DNA of 64,000 nt from Mobula hypostoma (lineage: Eukaryota). Where the stretch lies: contig NC_086108.1 in NCBI RefSeq assembly GCF_963921235.1, positions 55,492,001 to 55,556,000 of the forward strand. Reading direction: 5' to 3'. The notes under the pieces were generated by a model. The model did not search any database, was not told the DNA's origin, and saw nothing but the letters and a program-made list of their open reading frames with translations. Positions within the stretch are counted from its first letter, which is position 1; each line of letters starts with the position of its first letter. The position numbers and the translations under genes are program-made. Positions 40,662 to 52,986 of this stretch are shown piece by piece.

Positions 40662-43600
40662 TGTGGTCTATTCAATATTTCAGTAATACTGCAGGTATAG
40701 TGTTTGATGAAGCATTCTTTGTCTATATGTAAAAATATGTGAATGGCAAATGTCATTACACCACCACATCGTAAGGGAGCACCTCACTAAGTGTAAAAAC
40801 TAAATTAAGCATACGTGCATCTTTCAGCTTACCGTGGTTTTCCTTTGTTTAATTTTATGTTTTGGAGTTACAAAACAGAACAGTAGTGACAAGGAAGTTT
40901 TAAACAAATGCGGGACAGTTACCTACCTGATGAAGTGCAGCGAGACTTCAGAAGAAGGGGACAGAGTAGGTCGAGTGAGGGGAAAAAAAAGTTAGAAACC
41001 AGACATATCCACGAGTTCATAAACAATGAGTACTGGGTGATAATAGTAGTAAATTAAAAAGAACAGAAATGGCTAGTTATATCAGAAAGATAGATATGTT
41101 CAATTGCACAGGAGATAACTGGAATATGTATATTGAGTGAATTGAGCAGTATTTTAAAGCAAATTAAATGGCATGTGCAAAGAAAGTGCCAGTTTTTCTA
41201 AATGCATTAGGTGAAAAGGCATACAGTTTGTTTAAAAGGTTCGTCGGAGACCCCTTGTCGGGGTCTCGGCCTGAAACATTGACTGTTCCTCCTCCTATCG
41301 ATGCTGCCTGGCCTGCTGCATTCACCAGCATTTTTTGTGGGTGTTGCAGCAAATTAATTAAAATGGAATTGGACACTGGCTCAGTTGCTTCAGTCATTCC
41401 ACAAAATAAGTTTGAATGCATTTCAAAAATAATAAACTGATGCCTGTGGGTATCCAACTAAGAGCTTATACTGGAGAAAAGACAACTCCTGTGGAAATGA
41501 CATTTGTAACAGTAAAATAGAACAAGCAATATTGATCTTGTATCTAATAAAACAAGAGGGCAAGTGTTGTGGAACATGATTGGCTGAGACAACTGCAACT
41601 TGATTGGAAATCCATCCATCATTTGCATGCTGCAGTCCCTGCAATAGAGTCAACTGAAAGTGAATTAAGAAAGGTACAAGATAATGCCACAGCAGTGTAC
41701 AAAGATGGCAATGAAAAACACAAACATATCAAGGATAAAATAGTGTTAAATGAACATGTCACACCATAGTTTTACAAAGCCCATCCTATTCCTTATACCA
41801 TCTGTAATAATGTCATCTAGATCTAGATTACATGAAGGCTGAAGAAGTTCTTTCCAAAGTTGAGTGGAACACATAGGCAACTCTAGTGACCCTAGTAACC
41901 AAGAAGAATGGGTTTATCAGGATCTGTGATGATTTTAAAGTCGCCATCAACCCAGTACTGAAAGTAGATTAATACTTTCTGCCCAGGATAGAGGATATCT
42001 TTGCAAACCTTTTGTGGAGGAAACACTTCAGTAAAGTGGATTTAGGCCTACGTACAGATGGAGATGGAAGAAGAGTCCAAAATGTTTCTCATGATAAGCA
42101 CTACAAAAGGCTTTAGCACTACAATCTGCTTGTTTTTGGAATAGTATCTGCACCTACACTGTGGCAGAAAGCCATAGATCGTGTGCTGCAAGGGAGTCCA
42201 TGCACTCAGTGTTACCTGGATGACATTTTGGTTGCTGGTGGGGCTGATAAGGAACTTCTCCAAAATCTCAAGACAGTATTAAAAAGATCAGGAGATTCTG
42301 GTCTCAGAGCCATGATGTTACAAGTGGGAATACTTTAAATTAAGCATCACTTACTGTGGTCACACCATTGACGATTTACACAATCATACTGATTACACAA
42401 GTGTGCTGAGGAAAGTCAAGCAGTAGTGGATGCCCCATGGCCGAAGGATGTGTCACAGTTGCTGGCCTTCTAGGATTTGTCAATTACCGTAATAGGTTCT
42501 TGCTGAACCTGGATACTGTGCTTCACCCCTTGAACTCATTACTACAGAGCAGAAAGAGATATCAATGGACAAAGCAGTACGAGGTGACTATCCAAAAGGC
42601 AAAGGAAATGGTGATGGCTGACACTGCTCACACACTATAATCCATGTTGTCTAGTGAAAATTGTCTGTGATTCCTTATAGTACAGGTGCAGTTATGTCAC
42701 ATGTTATGAGTGATGGAAGTGAATGCCCCATAGCTTTTGCATCACATTCCCTTAACCTCGCTGAGAAAAATTAATCGCAGATTGATAGAAAGGCCTTGAT
42801 ATTTGTTTGGGGTATAAAACATTTCAACCAGCACTTATGGGAGAAATCTTACCCTCATCACTGATCATGAACCATTGGTGTCCATTTTCAATCCACTGAA
42901 GGGTGTTTCACTAACAACAGAAGCTCAGATGCAGAGATGAGCTCTGTTTCTTTGGGGACATAATTAGAAAATCAAATTCAAGAAGACAGCTAATCATAGA
43001 AATGCTGGTAGATTGTTTTGGTTACCCTGCAAGAGGAAATACCTGAAATATATGCAAAAGTGAACACTCCTCTTGATGTATTCTCCCTAATGCAAGTTGA
43101 AGGTCTGCTTAATATGGCAGAGATGATCCAAGGGGAAACCAGGAAAGACCCCACACACTCTGAGATCTACAAGGCCACCCACAATGGCTGGAATGTGCAG
43201 AAGAGATCTCAGTTCACCTATTTTTACCAGTGCTGGGATCCACTTGCCCTTGACAGGCCTGCCTTTTTGTGGGGATTGAGAGTTATTGTACCATCCAAGC
43301 TGAGAGCTAACTGTTGGAGAAGTTATACATATGCTGGTCATCTAGGTATGGACAAAATTAAAGTGTTGGCCTGAAGCTTTGCTTGGCAGCCTGATTTAGA
43401 TCAGCAGATAGAGCAGTTTGCCATGCACTGTCTGGGATGCCAACATGTCCAGAGGAAATCTGTCCAGAGCTGTCAGAAAAACACTTTATGCAGTCCTAAC
43501 GTCAGCTCTGACAACCACCATGGAGGAGGCTCCAGAACCTGAGATTGTTTCACAGCCACAAGTCTCAAGGGCCAAGCAGAGTGATCCTCCTTGTCAGGAA

Positions 43601-43951
43601 AGGCTTTACGCACATGTAAAATGACTAGAGAGCAGTACTTCCCATTTTTGGATTGAGATGCTCTCTGTATTGAGTTGGAGTTGATAGCTAAGCAGGGAGT
43701 TGTGTAGTGTATTCAAAATTTAAGTAATGTTTGAGTAATATTTCAAATATATATTTGATTAAGCATTCTGTGTTGTTTATATAATTTATTGCATATTTTA
43801 TGTAAAAGTAGATGAATGGTATATGCCATTACACCACCACATCATAAGTGCATGTATTGCTAAGAGTAAGAACAAAATTAAGCATACATACATCTTTTGG
43901 CTCCCTGTTTTTCTTCCAATTAATTTTGTTTTGGAGTTGCAAAACATAACA
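40662..43951 (+). mobile_element. Gypsy LTR retrotransposon (family A) with both LTRs, internally deleted
   Basis: TG...CA termini; 5-bp TSD CCTAT (40657-40661 and 43952-43956); LTRs 40662-40882 and ~43701-43951; decayed PBS; PPT agcagggag; protease MELDTGS; RT CYLDDILV; RNase H; integrase zinc finger GHLGMDKIK...CLGC. Confidence 0.95.
41240..41347 (+). mobile_element. Penelope-like 3' unit replacing most of gag
   Basis: gggtctcggcctgaaacattgactg...gatgctgcctggcctgctgcattcaccagc...gtgttgc; no TSD visible. Confidence 0.88.
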
Positions 43952-44279
43952 CCTATGTGAGGCTCTTTTACAATGCAAGGTCTTACCAATAATACACGCA
44001 AAATTCTGGAGGAACTCAGCAGGTCAGGTAGCATTTTGGGAGAAAATTGAAGAGTTTATACCAATGACATTCTCCAGAAAGCTACTTTTGGGGAATACAC
44101 ATAAGCATAATTTGGAATTGGTGCCTGAATTATTGGTGTGGTTAATCAGAAATTCTGACCCATTATATTTGAAGTAAGAAAATTCCCCACTTGTGAGATT
44201 CTACTGATACTGCTAATCTCACCTTGCAGCAAGGTTATAAAGCTTCAAACAAATTTATAATTTTGTAAATGTTCCTTTT

Positions 44280-47090
44280 TGTTGTGTCTGTTTACATATA
44301 TCAATTAAATAAATGCACACACACTGGAGATGGCTTTAACTGGTATTCACATTGCAACGAGAGAGAGAAACAGTGTACATGCACAGATAACAGATCAATA
44401 CGTAGTGCTAAGGGAGGGGTTCATTGCTGTAAAAGAAATAGATCCATACATTACGTTTCCTCCTCTAGATTAATGCAACATAAAGCTGCATATGTACAAA
44501 ACATTCAAATTCCCTTTCATGAACCCATATTCCAAATAAATATGCTTTTCACAGCAACAGTCCATAACTAACTAACTTCACAGTCTTTTGGGTGGTGTTC
44601 TGTCTCTTTCAGGATAGCGCCTCTGGACCTGTGGAGTGGCATCGGGTTTGGCAGGTGTCTTGTCAATGATAATGTTCTCGTCATGCCTCTCGGCGTGTGG
44701 AGTGGCATCGGGTTTGGCAGGTGTCTTGTCAATGATAATGTTCTCGTCATGTCTCTCGGCGTGTGGAGTGGCATCGGGTTTGGCAGGTGTCTTGTCAATG
44801 ATAATGTTCTCGTCATGCCTCTCGGCGTGTGGAGTGGCATCGGGTTTGGTAGGTGTCTTGTCTAAGACGACGTTTACGGTTTCCCATGTCAGATTGCTGT
44901 CAGTGGCATGATCATTACTGAGAAGTAAGTCTGGTGACAATAACATATCTGTCTTGTTGGATGCAGTCGACTCAGGTATGTTCTTCAGTTGAGAATCCAG
45001 TATCTGGTCCACATGACATCTCCATGTCTGATCTCCAACATCCACTGTGTACATTAGTGGTCTGGGTCTTGTAGCTATCCTACCTGGTGCCTACCTGCCA
45101 TCTCAGTAGTCACACGCTAGGACTTCCTGTCCAATCTTGAAGCTCCTTGCTGCTTCACTTGGCAACTGGCTGAACTGTTTATTCTGTACTTCCCTCTAGA
45201 GGTCTATGCAAGATCTCAGGTTTCTGCTCATGAACAGCATTGCAGGTGTTTGATTTGTCATTGCACGGACAGAGTTCTGATACACAAAAAGAAAGTTGTC
45301 CACCTTGTGCTGTAGAGAAATGTCCTCCTTGTCCATCACTTTAATGGATTTCTTGAAGTTTTGGATAAACCTTTCAGCCAGCTGATTCTTTACTGGGTGG
45401 TGAGGAGCTGGGTTGAATTGCCTGATGCCATTTTTCTTCAGGAACTGTCAAAATTCTTCTGACATGTATTGTGGTCCGTTGTCACTCACAGTTTGTTCTG
45501 GTAAGCCATATCTGGTGAAGGTAGTCCTCAGGGCGGAGCCAGTCTTTGCTGAGCTGGTTGACTTCATTGGTATAACCTCCAGCCACTTCGAATGAGTATC
45601 TACAGCAATCAGAAACATGGAGTCTATGAATGGTCCTGCAAAATCAATGTGTACCTTTTGCAATGGTGACGATGGCTGCTCCCCTTGGTGTAACCATGTC
45701 CGTGGGGGTACATTTTGAACTTTTTGGCATCCCAAACAGCTTTTGGCTAGATCTTCAATCCGTCTATCTATTCCCAGCCACCACACATAGCTCCAGGCGA
45801 GGCTCTTCATCTTGACTATACTCAAGTGTCCTTCATGCAGAGATTCTAACACTCTGGTGTGCAGTTTAGTGTGAACCACAACACGAGATCCACACATCAG
45901 GGTTCTTTGACATACTGACAGTTGATTTCATCTCGCTGAGAACTCTGGAAACCTAGGGTTATAATGAGCTGGTCGTCCTTGCATGGTGATTTTATAGACT
46001 TTTGACAATACCAGGTCATTCCTTGTTTCCTTTTATATTTTGGAATTTGTTACTGGCAACTAGTCCACCAATGCAGTGTGAAACACTTCTGCTGGGTCGC
46101 AGTATGAAGACTTTTCTTCAGTTGCCATTAGTAGGAGACATGACAAGCCGTCAGCATTGCTGTGTTGTTTGGTGCCCATGAACTCTAGGTCATAAGAGCG
46201 CGCTCCTAGGAATAGTGCCCAACGTTGTAATCAGGATTGAAAATGGACACAAGGCTGGTGATCTGTCACTATGGTAAACTTTTGTCCGTAGAGGTAGTAG
46301 TGAACTTCTTTATACCCCATACTAGATTTCAGTTAATCTGTGCGTAGTTGTGTTCTGTGTTCGTTAGTAATCTTGAAGCAAATGCAATTAGGTGTTCAGA
46401 TCCATCTTTCATAATATGTGACAGAACGACTCCACAGCCATAAGGGGATGCATCGCACACCAGTCTGATGGACAGGGATGGAGCATAATGGGTGAGCAGT
46501 TCATTGGATGTTATTAGTCTGTTTGTTTCCTTGAATGCTCTTTCACATCTTTCTGACCACTGCTACTTTGCTCCTGTCTGTAACAGTGCGCTCAATGGAC
46601 GCAGCACTGTAGCAATGTTTGGGAGAGACCAGTGGTAGTAGTTTACAAGGCCCAAGTATGACCTGAGTTGTGACACAGCACCGGGTTGATGCTCACCTTA
46701 AAATCCCCACATATGCAAACAGCTCCAGCCTTCCCTTTCTTGAACACCGGGACAATGGGTATGACCCAGTCGCTCCACTCAACCTTGAAGGGTATTCTAG
46801 ACGCTTCCAAGCTCTGAAGTTCAACATCCACTTCAGAACGTAGTGTGTAAGGCACTGGACGCACTTTATGGAATCTTGGTGTTGCTGTTGCATCCAGTTC
46901 AACACAACTACATATCAATTAAATAGAAGCATGCATGCTGGAGGTGGCTTTAACTGGTCTATTCACATTTCAATAAGAGACAAAGAGCAATGCACGTGTG
47001 TAGACAACAGTGCATATGTAGATAACAGATCAATATGTAGTGCTAAGGGGGGGGGTCATTGCTCTAAAAGAAATATATCCATACATTTCA
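44280..47090 (-). mobile_element. Gypsy LTR retrotransposon (family B) with both LTRs; gag, protease and RT core deleted
   Basis: 5-bp TSD CTTTT (44275-44279 and 47091-47095); LTRs 44280-44455 and ~46909-47090; PPT agaggagga; integrase HEGHLSIVKMK...CLGC...VHIDFAGP...VSDNGPQY; RT start ICGDFKVSINP. Confidence 0.95.
44630..44862 (-). repeat. 66-bp minisatellite, ~3.5 units, in frame in the pol C-terminal tail
   Basis: Units start at 44630, 44696, 44762 and 44828; encodes DKTPAKPDATPHAERHDENIII. Confidence 0.97.
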
Positions 47091-48344
47091 CTTTTTCTTT
47101 AGATATACCCCACAGTTGGAGTATGATGAGCCACCATGCTAGAGGCACTCTGTCAGCCTTATTGTCTGATACAGTAAACAGAGCTTTCTGTTGTGCCTTA
47201 GAGACTCCATTAGTCTATGGTAGTCAATATCTTATAGTTTAAAATATTTTGAAGATTTGAAAATAAATCAAATTTAAACCATGACTGTAGGAATATATGA
47301 CTGTTTGAGGAATTGATTCACAATTTGATAATGGAAACTAATTTTGCAAGCTTTTGAAACTGATTTATCACCAATAAATGTTTTAAAAATATCATAGTTA
47401 TGCATGCAAATGCTGCAGCGATTTTCTGCTGCGTAGAGTCTTGGAACCTGTCCTGGCAGTAGCCGAGGGTTAAATATTTGCCAGAACACTAGGAGACTGA
47501 TAGGAAAAGAGCAAAATAGTTGGAGTAATGACATAACTTTATCACAGAGCTGATACAGACAGGATGAGTTGAATGCCCACTTTCTTTGCTCTACCATTTG
47601 ATTATGTTAATTTTTATTTTAAGGAGAACCGTGCAATCTGTTATTTTCACTTAGGGGAGGAAAAAAACAAACAAGCCTCAATATAATGTTTTAAATGAGA
47701 AGACATTGATGACTAAAATGATTTTCCTTTTGTATTCATCTCACTGGGGCCATGATACAGTGTGGACATCCACTGGCTCAGAATCATGCAGTCAATGTGC
47801 CGACTACTTGCTCTCTGCTTATTGTATTCACTTTGCATGTATCCAGTGCCAAATGTTTTGTTCATTAGATGCATTAGCAGGAGGGCTTAAATCATTGCTT
47901 GGCAGTTGTTTTAAAGCTAAAGGTCAAGGTCAGTGAATGCAGCCTTGATCATTACATCTGATCAACTGCTGCACAATATTTAGTCACAGATCAACTTATC
48001 AAACCCTTTCATTTACCTATCAACCGTCACTATCAATACCTAATGCTTAAAGCTGCAAAAGATTGATGCATGCATACAATAAATCTTGTATTAATTGGTC
48101 ACGCATCTTTGTGAAGAGCTTGAAGCACATCCTTAAAAGAATCTGAATCAGGTTTAAGATCACAGGCATATGTCATGTAGTTCATTGTTTTGGAGCAGCA
48201 GTACAGTGCAATACATAATATTTTAAAAACTAAATTATAATAAGAAATATTTATACAGTGAGTTCTGGTTAATTGGGACACATCAGGACCAGTATATTTG
48301 GCCCAATTAAATGGCTGCTTCAATTGGACTCTTTCCTGGGAAAT

Positions 48345-48925
48345 AAAAGAGACAAACTACCATGAGAGTTACCGCAGAAGTCAGGCGTCAGGGTGACTGC
48401 TGGGCCTCAAAGCCACAGTGTTGCTAGCGGGCTTCGGGGGCCAGTCAACAGATGATATCGGTGGGCTGGGGGGAGGGTCTGGAATATATTTGCACATATT
48501 CTGCATTGTTGTATGTTTACTGATATTCAGTATGGGTGTGTTTACTTGTGTGCATCAAGCCACGGCGTCATGAGGGTGCGGACTCTTTTTACAGGATTGT
48601 GATCTTGTGTGTGCTTACGGTGTGTGTGACTTTGTACCTTGACCCTGTAGTGATGCTGTCTCATTTGGCTGTATTTATGTATGGTTAAATGACAATTAAA
48701 CTTGATTTGAATTGAATTGAAAATGTCCTTGAACAATCCCGTTAAATGGTTCGCACAGGTTTTCAGTGCCTGATCAGGAGCACCATCAGGGCCTGGCCTG
48801 ACGCCTTGTCTACCCTCTTGAAAGATGTTCTAACATCGGCCTCTGATGCGGAGGTCACAGGGTCACCAGATGCTGCAGTGATCTGCACAGGTTTAGTTTT
48901 ATTCTCCCTTCCAAAGCACACAAAT
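48345..48925. mobile_element. Rex1-related pieces: plus-strand tailed derivative (to 48720) abutting a minus-strand RT-upstream fragment
   Basis: Tail aattaaacttgatttgaattgaattg; 48720-48925 resembles 13270-13450. Confidence 0.6.
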
Positions 48926-48984
48926 AGCATAATACTAAGAAATGTGGATAAATCTTAGGATGCACCTCTGCAGTCCTTTCATTA

Positions 48985-49460
48985 TGGGGCAATGCTTTAT
49001 CTTTGTTGCTGAAGGGGTGGAATACAGTAGTAGTGAGGCCAGACTAATTTAATGCAGAATGTTTATTGGGCACACTTGGAAAGCTGTCTAGGATTCTGGT
49101 TTCCCATTGCCAGGATGATGTGCAGGTACTGCAGAAGATGCAAAAGTTTTTGGATAAATTGCTTGGACCAAAGAATCACTTTGTTTGGACCTGGCTGTTT
49201 GTGCCGGGATTATATCTTCAGAGTATGGGTGTCTAAGGAGAGATTGAAGGTGATTAAAAAGTGATTTAAGTCAGAGGTAAAAGGTTAAGTGATGAAAAAG
49301 TCAAAAACCCTCACTACATTTGGAATGTGCTGGATAGAGAACTTGGGAAGTGTAGCGGCTGTGGACTGGGAGCTGGGACGTGGGACTGTTTGAAAGCTAA
49401 TTTGTGGATATGATGGGCTGAATTGCCACCTATGCTTTAAGTCTTTATGTTTCTATAACC
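48985..49460 (+). mobile_element. Old CR1 3' fragment
   Basis: AHLESCLGFWFP resembles CR1 PHLEYCVQFWSP; tail tctttatgtttcta. Confidence 0.7.
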
Positions 49461-51749
49461 TTCATCAACTCATTGTGGAATCATCCATACTTTGACATCT
49501 GCTGATTTGCTTCTCAGCTTCTATTGCAGGGCATGCAGCTTCCCGCAGGGTGCTAGAATGCAGCCTTAGAACACTCACATACAAGCTCTTCTCACAGCCA
49601 AAATGTTCCTTTTGTTTACCAGTGCTCAGTGGGGATTCCGGTGGCAATAGTCCAGAGATGGTATTCAGAACTGTCCAGAGATGGTTTCGCCAGAGTATGG
49701 AGCTAAAAAACTGTCTCCGTATATCTATGGCTTTGTCAGAATTAGTGTTTTATGCTGCTTTGCTTTCTCTGCACTCTTTGGACGTTAGCAAACCTTTATC
49801 AAGATACTGTACAGATGGCACTTGGAAACACTTGGAGATGCAAACCACAGGAAGCTTAACCTAAAAGGAGTGAGGGCCTTATAACTCATTCTCATCGCCA
49901 ATTCTCTCAACTCCAAAGGGGAAATAGTCTTGTTTGTCTAAACTGTGCCTTTGGCTCCCTGGAGCCTGATCTGACTCATTAAACTTATGACTCAGAGGTG
50001 AAGTTGCCACCACTGTGCCAGGCTGACAAAGTGAAGGTCATTTTTACATAGGCTGAACACATTCTGCTTAACAACTTGTACTTTTTGACATACTGCAGAG
50101 CCGCTGAATCCTTAAGTAGGTTCCACTTAACATCAAGCCAGGTACATCCAGTGGGTTTCGAACTGCGTCAACTCAAGTAGGGGTTTTTATTTAATGACCG
50201 ATAGGAGCCCAGGAAACATTTAAAGGCCGCCTCTTGATTAGAAGTTCTGCTATTTTATCTCCCAGTGCAGCCCTTGAGCCTTGTTGCTATTAATCAATGG
50301 TTACTGAATCAGCCTTGAAAGGACAATATAATCTTGATGCAAAATTTTAGGGTTTTCTACACAAACAAAGGATTATTCAAACATGGAGCAGGATACTCCA
50401 ATAATTGTTGGGCACAATTTGCTCACAAGAAGACATTGGATAAACAGTTAGAAAAATAAATGTAGAATAATGGGAGTAGATGAATCTGACATGGTGCAGG
50501 CATAATGAGCGAACAGTCAATGAATACATTTCCATGATTTTCTGATTAGCATTGTGTTAAATTTAATTGTAATAGATTACTGCTGCTTTTGTAACAAAAT
50601 TGATTGGCAAATCCTGGCTTATGATTCCAAACAGAAAACTTGAGTGGACTCCTGGGACACTATATCAATTTCAGACAGTGAACAGAATAATGAAGCAGTG
50701 GAACTGTTGGTTAGATGCAATTAAGATGAACCATAAAATAATAAGCTGATTAGGTTTTTAAAAAGAAAGATTTTTTCTTGTATTTTAAAACTGTTAAGAT
50801 CATAATTATTGTATGCCACAATAATGTATTATAAATTATTGGTTTAAAGGTTAAAATCAATGGATTATGAGCTACTCCTTTTGTGAAAGTCTTTTTTTTA
50901 AAAATTAAAGATTTTAAACACTTCAAATGAATGAACTTTCAGTCAAATTCAGGCCATGTTTACATAATCTGTTTAAATAGTTTACCCCAGGCAAATGTGC
51001 CTCCTACTAAGTAAAATGGAATATACAGTGTTCCGGATGGGAATCAATGTTCTTTGTAACTAAAATACCCCTTTCTTAATTTTGAATTCAGCAACCTGGA
51101 GTTAAATAGTAGTAGTTTTTAAACTACTAAATTCCTACCTTTTGATAATATGTTAACAGATAATTTCCTGCCACGCTCTTGATCTCTCATATTCAGAAAA
51201 ACACCTGTTTTTCTTTTACTGTAGTCTAGTACCGCCCGTCAAAGTTTTGTTTATTCTCTTGATTTGTCCGTTAGTGAGAAAGGAAAGCCATTTTACCATC
51301 ATATTGGCTATATTAAGCATAGGACAGAATTGATTCCTCAAAGTTTCACTTTTCTCTGACTGAATTATCCCCATGCGTAAGCCTGTTGCTTGAACTATTG
51401 AATAAGAAATCAACATTTTAGTTGAAATGAATAAGCAGGAAAAGGTAATCTTTGAGTTTTGATGCACCAAGGTAATCCAGGTGGATTGAGAAGGGTGTGA
51501 TGTCAAAAAATCGGTGATTAAAATGGAAAGAGAACAGCTGACAAATTATTTTCTGTTGTGTTCTTATATCTATCTTTCTCATATTTTAAATATTTTTATT
51601 GAATGAAAATATACCCTCAATGGATTCTTTGGTTGGATAATTTAGAAAGCTATCCTTGTTAGAAGGAGTTGATTACCACTATCACAAATGCCACCATTAA
51701 CATAGCAGTGGGGTCCCTCCAGTCTGTGCCAGATTCAACAAAAATTTGA

Positions 51750-52017
51750 ATTACAAGTCTTTGACTTCCTCATTGGAAACCACAGTCAGTACGTATCAGA
51801 AATAACTTCTCCTTGTTGACAGTTAACACTGATGCACCTCAAGGATGTGAGCTTAGCCCACCGCACTACTCTCTCTACACCCATGACTATGTTGGTAAGT
51901 ACAGAGTGGTGTTGCAACAACAAACCGGCACTCGACATCAGTAAGACCAGGGAATTGTTGACTTAAGGAAGAGTAAGTCAAGGTAACACACACCAGTACT
52001 CATCAAGGGATCGGTAG
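51750..52017 (+). mobile_element. Rex1 RT fragment, target of the adjacent Gypsy
   Basis: NTDAPQGCELSPPHYSLYTHD resembles NTGAPQGCVLSPLLYSLYTHD in ORF 59379-59651. Confidence 0.85.
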
Positions 52018-52496
52018 TGTTATGTTTTGTAATTCTAAAACTTAAAACTAACTGAAAGAAAATTATGAGAGCCCATAAGAGTATGTACGCTTCATTTTTA
52101 CTTTAGTGAGGTGCGCACATTTGATGTGATGGCATAATAACGCATGCCATTCATGTACTTTTACATCTAACCCATAATGAATTATTTAAACAATAAAGAA
52201 TGCTTAATCAAACAATATATTTACAATATCACTCAAGTATTCCTGAAATATTAAATATACTCTTCTCATCCCTGCTTAGCTATAAACTCCAACTCAATAT
52301 AGAATGCATCTCTACTTGTATTTTAAAATTTTAATTTTAATTTTTAATTTAAATTTTAAATTGTTCCATTCATGCCTAAAGATTTAATTGCTGTAGAGGG
52401 GTTCTTAGTCCTGTCCGATAACGTCTTTCCAGATCTGTTTGGTAACCATGCTTGGCAAGTGAGACTTGTAGCTGTGAAACAATCTCAGGTTTTGGG

Positions 52497-52986
52497 CAAA
52501 CATGAGGAAATCTGCAGGTGCTGAAATTTTAAGCAACACACATAAAAATTGCAGGTGAACATAGCAGGCCAGGCAGCATCTATAGGAAGAGGTACAGTCG
52601 ACGTTTCAGGCCGAGACCCTTCGTCAGGACTTACTGAAAGAAGAGCTAGTAAGAGATTTGAAAGTGGGAGGGAGAGGGGAGAGCCGAAATGATAGGAGAA
52701 GACAGGAGGGGGAGGGATGGAGCTAAGAGTTGGAAGGTTGATTGGCAAAAGGGATATGAGAGGATCATGGGACACAACCTTCCAGCTCTTAACTCCATCC
52801 CTCCCCCTCCTGTCCTCTCCTATCATTTCGGATCTCCCCCTCTCCCTCCCACTTTCAAATCTCTTTACTACCTCTTCTTTCAGTTAGTCCTGATGAAGGG
52901 TTTCGGCCCAGAACGTCGACTGTACCTCTTCCTATAGATGCTGCCTGGCCTGCTGCATTCACCAGCAATTTTTATGTGTGTTGCTT
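52497..52986. mobile_element. Fold-back (inverted pair) Neptune pLTR insertion
   Basis: ~210-bp inverted arms around a ~30-bp spacer; TSD CAGGTTYTGGG (52486-52496 and 52987-52997); hammerhead in each arm. Confidence 0.93.
52596..52631 (-). ncRNA. Intact minimal type I hammerhead ribozyme motif
   Basis: AGTC-CTGACGA-AGG gtctcgg CCT-GAAAC-GTC-GACT: stem I agtc/gact, full core, GUC cleavage triplet, palindromic ACGT stem III. Confidence 0.88.

Noticed and set aside
44630..44862. CRISPR-like array
   Set aside because: Units are contiguous with no unique spacers and lie inside a retrotransposon pol frame.
48253..48340. Tigger-like MITE end
   Set aside because: Only one terminus visible, no second TIR or TSD.
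49550..49864. 104-aa ORF
   Set aside because: No recognisable domain or splice pattern; likely chance.
52485..52937. Mirror-image ORFs MIGEDRRGRDG on both strands
   Set aside because: By-product of the inverted pLTR arms.
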